Shown one piece after another: positions 17,700 through 26,738 of a DNA stretch of 32,000 bases (positions within the stretch are counted from its first letter, which is position 1; every line of letters starts with the position of its first letter). The translations under genes and the position numbers were made by a program. The notes beneath the pieces were generated by a model. The model saw nothing but the letters and a program-made list of their open reading frames with translations, was not told where the DNA came from and did not search any database. Source of the DNA: Ignicoccus islandicus DSM 13165 (lineage in GTDB: Archaea; Thermoproteota; Thermoprotei_A; Sulfolobales; Ignicoccaceae); the NCBI RefSeq assembly GCF_001481685.1, contig NZ_CP006867.1, forward strand, positions 1 to 32,000. The letters are read 5' to 3'.

Positions 17700-20600
17700 T
17701 TGGAAGTGATCTATAGAGAAGCATGCCCCTCATGCGGTGGTGATATCGAAAGGTCGAGACTCACTTACGGTCTATCGTGTGGATATTGTGACGGTAAAAG
17801 TGGTCTATTTGAATGGATGAGAAAGCTGGAAGAGGAGTACGAAAGATTTTCTGAATACTTAAAATCTGAGTATGGAATAGAACCCTCGGAAGTACAAAAA
17901 ACGTGGATTAAGCTTTTGCTTAGTGGAGAAGACGTAGTTATCTCGGCACCTACTGGGATGGGTAAAAGTACTATACTGGGTGCGTATGCACAGTATGTCA
18001 AGAGGAAAGGTCTCAAAGTACTCTATATTGTACCTACTCGAAGCTTAATAACTCAAGTTGCGAACAGGGTTAGCGGAATAGAAGTTGTAACGTCTGCCAA
18101 AGTTATTAAGAATCCATCTGCCTACAAGGGATACGACGTTATTATAGTAGATGACGTTGATGCTGCCTTGAAATCAGAAAAGACTGTCGCAGCGCTTATG
18201 AAAATAGCCGGACTAGATGATGTGTACGAAGAAGCGCGAAGAGCGGCGAAGCTTTTAATCGAGGCCATGAACGGTAATGAACAAGCGCTCGAGGAATACG
18301 TTTCACTGAAGGCAAAACTTAGCAAATACAAACGTAAGAGTAGTCAACTAATCTTTTCCTCAGCAACCCATGGTAGACCCAGCCTGATCGCAAGGCTTAT
18401 GTTGTCAGCTTTAGGAATAAGACCAGTTTTCATTCCTCCGTTACTTAGAGAAATAGATGACGTTAAACTCAAGGTCGAGTCTCTCGAAAAACAGTTACCA
18501 AGCTTAATAAGAAAGTTAATGGAAACCGGCTATGGAGGCATCGTCTTCGTCCATGAAGGAGGTCCAAAGGATGAAATACTTCGAATACTGAAGGAGAATG
18601 ACATAAAGGCAAAAGAGGTCGGTTCAAGGTCAATAAAAGCTATTAAAGAGTTTGAGAAAGGAGAAATAGATGTATTGGTCGCATCGGCATCGAGGTATGG
18701 AGTGGTAGCTAGAGGTATTGATATGCCAGACAGATTGAGGTTCGCAATATTCATTGAACCTCCTCACAAGAAGTTAGAGTTAAGAAAGATGTTATCGAAT
18801 CCTCTATTCATGCTTAGGATTCTAAAGAAGCTAGGTTTGGAACAAGAATTCCTCGAGCTAGGCAAGAAAGTCAAGAAACTTTCAAAAATCGAACTAAACC
18901 TTCTTCGGGAAAACCTTTCAGGAAATGACGTAAAGTTAAGGAGCGAGAGGCTCAAGGAGTTATCCGAGTTTATGAGGGAATTAATTAAAAAGGTAGAGCG
19001 TGAGTTAAGTAATACGAAAATAATAGATCCACCATTCATTATAAAGAATGGATCCGTAATAATATTGGATAAATCTACCTACTTACAAGCATCCGGTAGA
19101 ACTTCTAGACTAACCTTTAAGGGATTCACGAAGGGCGTAAGCGTTATCTTATATAGCGATGAGGACGTCATGGAGGCCTTCGAGAAGCTGTTATCGGATA
19201 TCACGACATTTGAAAGTGAGGTCAAGCCTCCTGAAGGATACAAAGAAGTCGATGCTGAAAGCGTACTGATGATAGTAGAATCCCCAACTAAGGCTAGAAC
19301 TATTGCTAGGATCTTCGGCGGAGGTTCTTCAGTAAACCTCTTTGGTAGTAAGGTCTACACAACTGCAGTTAAACTTGACGACAAGGTTTATTTTCTTTAT
19401 ATTACAGCAAGCAAGGGCCACCTATTCGACCTTACATTAGATGACATAGGTCTTCATGGTGTAATGATAGAGGGGAACGAACTAATTCCCGTATATTCAC
19501 CTATTAAGAGGTGTTTGGAATGCGGATATGCGTGGAGTGGAAGTCTGAACGTTTGTCCGAGATGCGGTTCAACGAAAATAGATAATTCAATCGAGCGCGT
19601 AAACTCGTTAAGGAAATTAGCCTATGTAGTTAATACTGTAATACTTGCGACGGATCCTGATGAAGAAGGAGAGAAAATAGCATGGGATCTAGAGGCTATG
19701 TTAAAACCATTCAACAAGAACGTGAGGAGGGCCACATATTTTGAAGTTACGAAACGCGGTATAGAAGAATCACTGAAGAACCTAAAACACGTTGACGAAT
19801 CAGTGGTTAGATCGCAAATAGTGAGAAGAGTGGACGATAGGATAGTTGGTTTTGAGGTTAGTAAAGAACTATGGTCGATATTCTCCAGAAAGAATATAGG
19901 TTTAGGTAGAGTGCAAGGGCCGGTTCTTAACTACATTGTAGAAAGGAACGAGAAGTGGAAGGAAAATAGAGGTTTTGTCATTACACTCGTTCTTGAAAAC
20001 AACGACGTGATTAGGGTTTTCAGTGCAAGCAAAGAGGAAATGGAAAGGTTATTATCACTCAAGGAAGTCGAAATAATTTCGAAGGTTGAAAGCATTGATG
20101 AGATTCCACCACCTCCACCGCTAACTACTGATGAATTATTGGCAGAAGCTGCTAAGATGGGACTAGAACCTAACAAAGTTATGAAAATCTCCCAAACCCT
20201 CTTCGAAATGGGTCTTATTACCTACCACAGAACAGACTCTACGAGAATATCGAGCCACGGAATATCTCTAGCCAAGGAAATTATATTAAGGGAGTATGGA
20301 GAAAGTAGGTTCCATCCACGTTCTTGGAGTAGCGAAGGGGCTCATGAGGCCATCAGACCTACTCATGCACTCACTCCAAGGGAGCTATTATCTCTTATAT
20401 ATGTTAACGAAAGTTATTCGAGACTTACTGCAGATCACGTAAAGGTATATGAGATAATATTTAGGAGGTTCGTTGCAAGTCAGATGAAGAACGTGAAGGT
20501 TAGGAAACTAAGGGTGACGTATAGAGTAAATAATAGTGTTATTCAAAGGGAATACGTTACTGAGGTTGTAGAAGATGGATGGAACTTGGTGTTAGATCTC

Positions 20601-21002
20601 CCAGTCTTTACGGGAGAAATGAGACTGGGTAAAGTCAAAGTAGTAAATGCTAGAGCGTTGAGAGCATCCAAATTCCCACTTCCTTCAGCGAGCGAGGTCA
20701 TTAAGTGGATGAGGGAAGTTGGGATAGGACGACCTAGTACTTACGCAAGGACATTGGAGGCATTGCGAAGACACGGTTTGGTCGTATTTAGTAAGTATAA
20801 GAAACTTCTAGTCGCCACCCGCGATGGTTATCGAGTTAAGGAAGTTATGGGCATGCACTTCCCAGAGTTGCTTTCAGCTGAATACACTAAGCACCTCCAA
20901 GAGCTCATGGAGAGGGCACCAGAAGAGTTCGAAGAAGTAATTTCAATGATTGCAGGGAAGTCGAAATTTATAAGGGAAGCTTTTGCTTCAGAACAATCTT
21001 AA
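17700..21002 (+). CDS. rgy: Reverse gyrase
   Basis: 1100 aa: N-terminal Zn motif, helicase 'SAPTGMGKST'/'DDVD'/'SAT', topoisomerase IA 'VESPTKARTIARIFGG', central 'CLECGYAWSGSLNVCPRCG', 'ATDPDEEGEKIAWD', active-site 'GLITYHRTDSTRIS'. Confidence 0.98.
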   Translation: MEVIYREACPSCGGDIERSRLTYGLSCGYCDGKSGLFEWMRKLEEEYERFSEYLKSEYGIEPSEVQKTWIKLLLSGEDVVISAPTGMGKSTILGAYAQYVKRKGLKVLYIVPTRSLITQVANRVSGIEVVTSAKVIKNPSAYKGYDVIIVDDVDAALKSEKTVAALMKIAGLDDVYEEARRAAKLLIEAMNGNEQALEEYVSLKAKLSKYKRKSSQLIFSSATHGRPSLIARLMLSALGIRPVFIPPLLREIDDVKLKVESLEKQLPSLIRKLMETGYGGIVFVHEGGPKDEILRILKENDIKAKEVGSRSIKAIKEFEKGEIDVLVASASRYGVVARGIDMPDRLRFAIFIEPPHKKLELRKMLSNPLFMLRILKKLGLEQEFLELGKKVKKLSKIELNLLRENLSGNDVKLRSERLKELSEFMRELIKKVERELSNTKIIDPPFIIKNGSVIILDKSTYLQASGRTSRLTFKGFTKGVSVILYSDEDVMEAFEKLLSDITTFESEVKPPEGYKEVDAESVLMIVESPTKARTIARIFGGGSSVNLFGSKVYTTAVKLDDKVYFLYITASKGHLFDLTLDDIGLHGVMIEGNELIPVYSPIKRCLECGYAWSGSLNVCPRCGSTKIDNSIERVNSLRKLAYVVNTVILATDPDEEGEKIAWDLEAMLKPFNKNVRRATYFEVTKRGIEESLKNLKHVDESVVRSQIVRRVDDRIVGFEVSKELWSIFSRKNIGLGRVQGPVLNYIVERNEKWKENRGFVITLVLENNDVIRVFSASKEEMERLLSLKEVEIISKVESIDEIPPPPPLTTDELLAEAAKMGLEPNKVMKISQTLFEMGLITYHRTDSTRISSHGISLAKEIILREYGESRFHPRSWSSEGAHEAIRPTHALTPRELLSLIYVNESYSRLTADHVKVYEIIFRRFVASQMKNVKVRKLRVTYRVNNSVIQREYVTEVVEDGWNLVLDLPVFTGEMRLGKVKVVNARALRASKFPLPSASEVIKWMREVGIGRPSTYARTLEALRRHGLVVFSKYKKLLVATRDGYRVKEVMGMHFPELLSAEYTKHLQELMERAPEEFEEVISMIAGKSKFIREAFASEQS

Positions 21003-21234
21003 TGTATGGAATTCTCCTCCTTCCTCTCTCTTCGCTTCCTATCTCTACTCTCTCTATCTCTACGGCATCTCCTATCCTTCCTCTCAATCTGTTGAAGACG
21101 TAAACTGCTTTGTAGATATTTTTGCCTCGTCCTACTATTTCAATTACTGGTACTCCGCTGTTTATTGCTAAAATCGCTTGCAATACGTAATCGTTGATAT
21201 TGTCCTTAACTACTGTTATGACTTCCTTTTCCAT
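20968..21234 (-). CDS. albA: Alba-family DNA/RNA-binding chromatin protein
   Basis: 'MEKEVITVVKDNINDYVLQAILAINSGVPVIEIVGRGKNIYKAVYVFNRLRGRI...IGSEERGRRRIPYIKIVL'; start at ATG 21234 preferred over the track start at 21246. Confidence 0.85.
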   Translation of the reverse strand: MEKEVITVVKDNINDYVLQAILAINSGVPVIEIVGRGKNIYKAVYVFNRLRGRIGDAVEIERVEIGSEERGRRRIPYIKIVLKQKLPL

Positions 21235-21297
21235 TTTACCTTCCACCCTTTCTTAGGAGCGTACATAAAGAGTTTAAAACGTAATACTATTAGGGAT

Positions 21298-21408
21298 ATG
21301 GTTCGGTCGAAATCATCATTTTCGAATAGTTACGAGTATTTACCTAGTATTACTGAACATTGTGTTAGATGTAAGTCGTGGGAACTACCCATAATATTGG
21401 GGTATTAA
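21298..21408 (+). CDS. Possible 36-aa mini-protein with HCxxC motif
   Basis: ATG 21298 'MVRSKSSFSNSYEYLPSITEHCVRCKSWELPIILGY', immediately upstream of the next ORF. Confidence 0.25.
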   Translation: MVRSKSSFSNSYEYLPSITEHCVRCKSWELPIILGY

Positions 21409-21409
21409 A

Positions 21410-21799
21410 ATGATTACGTTTATTGCGAGGGTTTATCGAAGCAAGTCTAAGGTAGTCCTTGCAATGAGTAATGGAAAAGTGAAAGTGATTGAGTTAAGCA
21501 TTTGGAATAAGTATCTTTCGAAGTGTTGGACTTACGGCTATGCATACTTATGTAAGAGAAGTCTCATATTAAAGTATGGTGATCTAGTAATTGGACTAGT
21601 CAAAAAGAACGAGCCTCCAATGCCAGAGGATGTAGAAGCACTAATGCCACTAATAGAGAAATTATCGTTCCCGCATTTCGTTGTCGATGAAGTGATCAGC
21701 TTGATGTACTCTAGAGATACGCTTTTAGACCTATCTTGCGCGGGCTGTGAAGTATCCAATTTAGTGCCAGGGAAGATAAGCGTAGCAGAGGTAGCCTAA
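21410..21799 (+). CDS. Hypothetical protein
   Basis: 129 aa ORF; start 1 bp after the mini-ORF stop; no family recognised. Confidence 0.55.
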   Translation: MITFIARVYRSKSKVVLAMSNGKVKVIELSIWNKYLSKCWTYGYAYLCKRSLILKYGDLVIGLVKKNEPPMPEDVEALMPLIEKLSFPHFVVDEVISLMYSRDTLLDLSCAGCEVSNLVPGKISVAEVA

Positions 21800-21954
21800 T
21801 TGATTCTCCAGTCTTAACTCATTTCGTCTAATACGTAATCTCCTTACTGCGAAAATTAGACACTAACGATAACCTTTGTGAAGCCTACTTAACTAGAACT
21901 CTTAATAAGTGATGTATGAATACAACTCCGGTAACGAGACTAAGGTGAACGAGC

Positions 21955-23736
21955 GTGTCATCCCTAAAGGTTGAAAGGCTTAACGCTCCCTCGAAGATGA
22001 ACGAGAAATACGTCGAAATAGCTGGAAGAAAAATACCGATTGGAGGAAGACTACCGAAACCAAGAGAAAACGAAAAGCTATTGAAAGTAACTCAAAGTCT
22101 ATGTCCTCATTGTTACAGACTACTGCCAGCAATAGTTGTGGAAAGGGAAGGTAAAGTCTATATTAGGAGAGAATGTCCTGAGCATGGGGAGATAGAGGAA
22201 GTATACTACGGTGACGCCGAAATTTACCATAAGTTTGAGAAATGGGAAAGAGACGGTAAAGGAACTTATTCGCATGTTCAATTAACGGCACCGTGTCCCT
22301 ACTCATGCGGTCTTTGTCCATTACATCGATCTCACACAGCTCTCTTAAATATAGTTCTAACTAATAGATGCGATCTTACGTGCTGGTATTGCTTCTTCTA
22401 CGCAGATAAGGCTGGGTATGTTTACGAACCAACATTGGAACAAATAAAGACTATGGTAGAGGCAGCTCTCAAACAAGGCGTGCCTCTAGCGGTGCAGCTT
22501 ACTGGTGGCGAACCAACTCTACGGAAGGACCTTAGAGACATAGTGATTTTACTTAGGAAGATGGGTGTTAGACATATTCAACTTAATACACATGGAATAA
22601 AATTTGCTGAACTCTACCTTCAGGATAAAGAGAAGGCAGCTGAATACGTTAGGAGCCTAAGATACCTCGACGATGGGACGGTTGGAATAAATACTGTATA
22701 CCTATCATTCGACGGTGTAACGCCTCAAACGAATCCCAAGAACCATTGGGAGGTACCCTATACTTTTGCGGCATTCAGAAAAGGCGGAATGACCTCAGTT
22801 GTTCTGGTCCCAACCGTCATAAAGAATTGGAACTTACACGAAGTTGGAGACATAGTCAGATTCGCAGCTTACAACATGGACATCGTTAGAGGCGTCAACT
22901 TCCAGCCTGTTTCTCTAACTGGTTTGATGCCTAGGAAAGAGAGAAACAACGCGAGAGTCACTATTCCCGACTTGATTAAGGCACTAGAAGAGCAAACTGA
23001 TGGTCAGATAACAAAGGACGATTGGTATCCAGTTCCCGTGACCGTGGCCTTCTCGAGATTTATGGAGGCATTCAAATCCGATACTCCTCACTTTGAACTG
23101 ACTAATCACCCTATGTGCGGTGCCGCCACCTATACGTATGTGGAAAGGAATGGCAATAAAGTCAGATTCGTTCCGTTACCGCGTTTCGTGGACGTGGAAG
23201 GACTTGCCGAATACTTAGAAGAGAAAACGGAGGAACTTCAAAAGGGCGGTCTCATAACGAAAACCAAAGTAGGATTGAAGATAATATATAATCTCAGGAA
23301 GTTCATCGACCAAAGCAAGGCACCAGAAGGCTTCGATTTCTGGAACTTGTTATACAATGTCTTAATAAAGAGAAACTACGAGGCACTAGGTAAGCTCCAC
23401 TATCACTTACTCTACATAGGTACTATGCACTTCATGGATCTTTACAATTACGATGTTGAGAGAGTCATGAGGTGCAACATACATTACGGAAGCCCCGATG
23501 GAAGAGTCATACCTTTCTGTACATATAACGTATTAAATGACTTATATAGAGACTACATTATAAAGAAGTATAGTATGAGCCTTGAGGAAGCTAAGAAGGT
23601 TCTCGGCGATGACGCTTTACGAAAGTACGTCAGAAACGTTAAGTTGCTCCAGTCGGGCAATGAATACTTAGAAACCTATAGACCCTTCATGGATAAGATA
23701 AAGAAAGGAACAGTAGGGTCTACGCAACCCTCTTAA
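21955..23736 (+). CDS. tes: Radical SAM protein, Tes/MJ0619-like (candidate tetraether lipid synthase)
   Basis: 593 aa; 'LCPHCYRLLPAIVVEREGKVYIRRECPEHGEIEEVYYGD', 'CPYSCGLCPLH', radical SAM 'NRCDLTCWYCFFYADKAGYVYEPT', 'LTGGEPTLRKDL'. An ATG at 21997 is an alternative start. Confidence 0.8.
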   Translation: MSSLKVERLNAPSKMNEKYVEIAGRKIPIGGRLPKPRENEKLLKVTQSLCPHCYRLLPAIVVEREGKVYIRRECPEHGEIEEVYYGDAEIYHKFEKWERDGKGTYSHVQLTAPCPYSCGLCPLHRSHTALLNIVLTNRCDLTCWYCFFYADKAGYVYEPTLEQIKTMVEAALKQGVPLAVQLTGGEPTLRKDLRDIVILLRKMGVRHIQLNTHGIKFAELYLQDKEKAAEYVRSLRYLDDGTVGINTVYLSFDGVTPQTNPKNHWEVPYTFAAFRKGGMTSVVLVPTVIKNWNLHEVGDIVRFAAYNMDIVRGVNFQPVSLTGLMPRKERNNARVTIPDLIKALEEQTDGQITKDDWYPVPVTVAFSRFMEAFKSDTPHFELTNHPMCGAATYTYVERNGNKVRFVPLPRFVDVEGLAEYLEEKTEELQKGGLITKTKVGLKIIYNLRKFIDQSKAPEGFDFWNLLYNVLIKRNYEALGKLHYHLLYIGTMHFMDLYNYDVERVMRCNIHYGSPDGRVIPFCTYNVLNDLYRDYIIKKYSMSLEEAKKVLGDDALRKYVRNVKLLQSGNEYLETYRPFMDKIKKGTVGSTQPS

Positions 23737-24643
23737 GAGGTAACGATTTAAAATCAGACCTTTTTACTATTCGAAGACCTAGTTCTTGTGCAAATTCACA
23801 CGCTCTGCAAATAGTCCTACCTTTCGAAGTAGGAAAACCGCAAACGCTGCATTGACTGTGTTCACTTACGTAGCTTTTCGTCTCCAAGTTCTCAATCCAC
23901 TTCAATAAGCTCGATGCGTTTGATTCACTAAATTGGAATAAATTTTCACGTATACGTGCGCGTAAGGAAGGCCTCGTGGTTATGTACGGACACTCTTCTG
24001 TTTGAAACGGGAAATTCTTCAAATAAGCGTATATTGCTACCTCTCTTTCCAGTACTCTCCTCAAAGGTTTTAACCTCCCTTGTGAGAGCTTGAGAACGCC
24101 TTCCCAATCACCCCTAAGTACGTTTAAGAGCGACGTGTGCACCTCGTCATCCAGAGTATGACCAGTCGCTACGAAATCCGCATTCAGAGCAAGCGCAGCC
24201 AAATCTATTATTCTCCTTCGCAAAACTCCGCAGTAAGTACACGGTCTCTCCTTACCAATCTTTATAATTTCCATCAGCGACTTACCGTATACGTCTTTAA
24301 AGGAGGTGACGAAGTATTGAATACCTAGTTCCCGCGCAAGTTTCGCAGCATTAGATATCTCAGTCCCCCTATCGTAACCTTCCGCCCCTTCAATTACAGT
24401 TACTGCCACGAGCCTTTCAGTGTCCCATACCTTCGCGCTAACGTCCATTAACACCAATGAGTCTTTACCACCAGATACGGCCAAGAGGACCTTGCTCCCC
24501 TTTGGAACTTTTTGGAACTCTTTGCGTACCCTCTTTAAAACGCTTTCAATGAAGTGGTTCTTACAGAGCGGGACCCTCTCAATAAAGTCGAGCGTTACTG
24601 CTTCTTCGGTGCATTTAATGCACCTAAACTTTAATCCCTCCAA
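23720..24643 (-). CDS. ttuA: PP-loop ATPase, TtuA/Ncs6-like tRNA 2-thiolation enzyme
   Basis: 307 aa; N-terminal and C-terminal CxxC pairs, 'VLLAVSGGKDSLVLM', 'RPCTYCGVLRRRIIDLAA', 'ATGHTLDDEVHTSLLN'. Confidence 0.87.
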   Translation of the reverse strand: MEGLKFRCIKCTEEAVTLDFIERVPLCKNHFIESVLKRVRKEFQKVPKGSKVLLAVSGGKDSLVLMDVSAKVWDTERLVAVTVIEGAEGYDRGTEISNAAKLARELGIQYFVTSFKDVYGKSLMEIIKIGKERPCTYCGVLRRRIIDLAALALNADFVATGHTLDDEVHTSLLNVLRGDWEGVLKLSQGRLKPLRRVLEREVAIYAYLKNFPFQTEECPYITTRPSLRARIRENLFQFSESNASSLLKWIENLETKSYVSEHSQCSVCGFPTSKGRTICRACEFAQELGLRIVKRSDFKSLPLKRVA

Positions 24644-24690
24644 CCCCTATAAGACGGTGCGTCTGTAATGAGCGTCTAGGGAGTTTAATC

Positions 24691-25350
24691 GTGACATGGA
24701 TCATATTCACTACGGCTAGTTTGGATGGTCGTATAGCTACAACAGAGGGTGATTCTAAACTTTCCTGCGAACATGATTTACAATTACTTCATAAGTTTAG
24801 ATGTTGGAGCGACCTAGTCTTAGTGGGAGCTAACACAGCAATAGCGGACGACCCCGGTCTCTTTGTAAAGAGAATTAAGTGTAGTAGGCAACCATACCGT
24901 GGAGTGGTTGATGGTAAGTTAAGGATACCTACCAATTTGAGACTCTTTCGGGATCAACCTTGGTTATCAATGGTTGTGACTACTACCTATGGAATTAGAT
25001 CGAACCCCACCAAATATAGATTCCTTATTAATAGAGGTGTGAAAGTAGTTATAGTTGGTAATGGACCTTCAATTGATATGAAGGAAGCTAGAATGAGACT
25101 AGAAGAAATGGGAATACGGAGAGTATTAATAGAGGGGGGTGGTAAGTTAAATTGGTCGCTAATTAAAGAGGACGTTGTGGACAGACTTGAAATCACTTAC
25201 GTAGGAAGAGTTTTAGGAGCTGGTGTTCCTATTATAGATGGTGAAGGCTTTAAGAGAGTCTCAGAAGCCCCCTTATTTGCACCTGTCGATATTAGGATAT
25301 GTAAATGTGGTAGATGTGTACACGTAAGTTGGATTAGGTCGTTTAAGTAG
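24691..25350 (+). CDS. arfC: RibD C-terminal domain reductase (2,5-diamino-6-ribosylamino-pyrimidinone 5'-phosphate reductase, riboflavin pathway)
   Basis: 219 aa; 'TTASLDGRIATTEGDSKLSC', 'LVGANTAIADDP', 'VLIEGGGKLNWSLI', 'DRLEITYVGRVLGAG'. Confidence 0.88.
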   Translation: MTWIIFTTASLDGRIATTEGDSKLSCEHDLQLLHKFRCWSDLVLVGANTAIADDPGLFVKRIKCSRQPYRGVVDGKLRIPTNLRLFRDQPWLSMVVTTTYGIRSNPTKYRFLINRGVKVVIVGNGPSIDMKEARMRLEEMGIRRVLIEGGGKLNWSLIKEDVVDRLEITYVGRVLGAGVPIIDGEGFKRVSEAPLFAPVDIRICKCGRCVHVSWIRSFK

Positions 25351-25417
25351 AAAGTTATTAGACACCATAATAATTTAACTTTGGAATACTCATGCATTTA
25401 ATTGGGCGATATAAAGG

Positions 25418-25930
25418 TTGAGCGAGGGGATTAAGATTTTGAGTGAAGCTAGGGGTGAATGCATTCCCTCGCCGCTAGTTAACGCGATCGTCAGTGCTTA
25501 TCAAATAGCCATAACGAAAGCCTTAGGTGCAGGAGCTAATGCCATGGCCCAGATGCTGCTAACAGAGCTAGGTGACTTCCTTTCGGATTACGTTGAAAGC
25601 GTTATAGGTGAGATGGATTACGAGGACGTAAAAGGAGCTGTAAGAAAGATTTTCCAAGAATTAGGTCTAGCTAAGGAAGTGAAGATCGAGGAGAAGGATG
25701 GTAAATGGGTAATCGAAGTTAGAGGTTCGGTCTTCATACCAACTTATAAGATCCTTGCTCAAAGGGGAATTCAATTCTTCACCTTAAGTCCAGAAGCATT
25801 ACTCATTGCATCAATAATAAGGAAGAGTCTAAGAATCAAAGGCGATCAGAAAGCTAGAGTGAGAGTAAATGCAGAAACACCTCAAGATGAAGTATTGAGA
25901 TTTGAAGTGCAGCAAATCTCAAGCCTCTAA
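25418..25930 (+). CDS. Hypothetical protein
   Basis: 170 aa intact ORF; alpha/beta-like, no family recognised. Confidence 0.6.
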   Translation: MSEGIKILSEARGECIPSPLVNAIVSAYQIAITKALGAGANAMAQMLLTELGDFLSDYVESVIGEMDYEDVKGAVRKIFQELGLAKEVKIEEKDGKWVIEVRGSVFIPTYKILAQRGIQFFTLSPEALLIASIIRKSLRIKGDQKARVRVNAETPQDEVLRFEVQQISSL

Positions 25931-26738
25931 GGGTCAGGAAAGTTTGAGCCTGGAACATTTATGGATGCGTAGAGTCCCCTCTGACAACCCATTGGTCTGT
26001 ACCAAAGGTGAAGTCATAGGGGTAAGTGCCAATTTCAGCGCCTATGTAATTAGAAGCGATGGGAAGGTACTTTCAAAGATAGACTATAAATCGAGACTTG
26101 GACGACCTTGCATAGGTCAAAAGCTACTAGCTTTCCCCTCGAAAGATGCCATATTCCTTTTTGAACTATCTAAGGGAAAACCTGCCGGTATAATTCCCAC
26201 TAAAGCGGGCCTTCACGAAACTTGTGCATTCGATAAATCTGAATCCTTATACACATCGGTTGAGAATATCCTTCTTAAACTTGAAAGAACGCCTGAGGGC
26301 AAGTATAAAATAGTTCAAAAGAAGGTTCTAATCGGAAACATTTTATCAATTGATTATAATAAGAAACTGGTCGTTGGAACGACCGAAGGTCTGTACATAG
26401 GCAAGAAATTCTTAAACATTGGAAGGGTGAACCATGTTAAAGTAGGTCCCTATATTGCCTCTTCTATACCGTATGGCTTCGCACTCTACGATTTTAATGG
26501 TAAGGAGATATTGGAAATCGATGACGTAGAAGTTAGCGGAATAGTCTGGTTGGGAGACTTGATAGCGATAGGGGACAGAAGTAGGAAGAGAATACTAATT
26601 ATCGATACAAGTGGGAACGTCGTCCGAGAACTTAAATTTACTGGCTCCGTTAGGAGCTTTGATTGGGATGTAATACTGGTAGTAGCTCATAGGAAGAAAG
26701 TACACGCATACCTTCTCACTCCAACCAAGCATCAGTAA
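25902..26738 (+). CDS. Beta-propeller-like protein
   Basis: Repeating blades such as 'GFALYDFNGKEILEIDDVEVSGIVWLGDLIAIGDRSRKRILIIDTSGNVVRELKF'; real start possibly TTG near 25944. Confidence 0.6.
   Translation: MKCSKSQASKGQESLSLEHLWMRRVPSDNPLVCTKGEVIGVSANFSAYVIRSDGKVLSKIDYKSRLGRPCIGQKLLAFPSKDAIFLFELSKGKPAGIIPTKAGLHETCAFDKSESLYTSVENILLKLERTPEGKYKIVQKKVLIGNILSIDYNKKLVVGTTEGLYIGKKFLNIGRVNHVKVGPYIASSIPYGFALYDFNGKEILEIDDVEVSGIVWLGDLIAIGDRSRKRILIIDTSGNVVRELKFTGSVRSFDWDVILVVAHRKKVHAYLLTPTKHQ

Noticed and set aside
24137-24668. Plus-strand and minus-strand overlapping ORFs over ttuA
   Set aside because: Shadow ORFs without motifs over a clear PP-loop ATPase gene.
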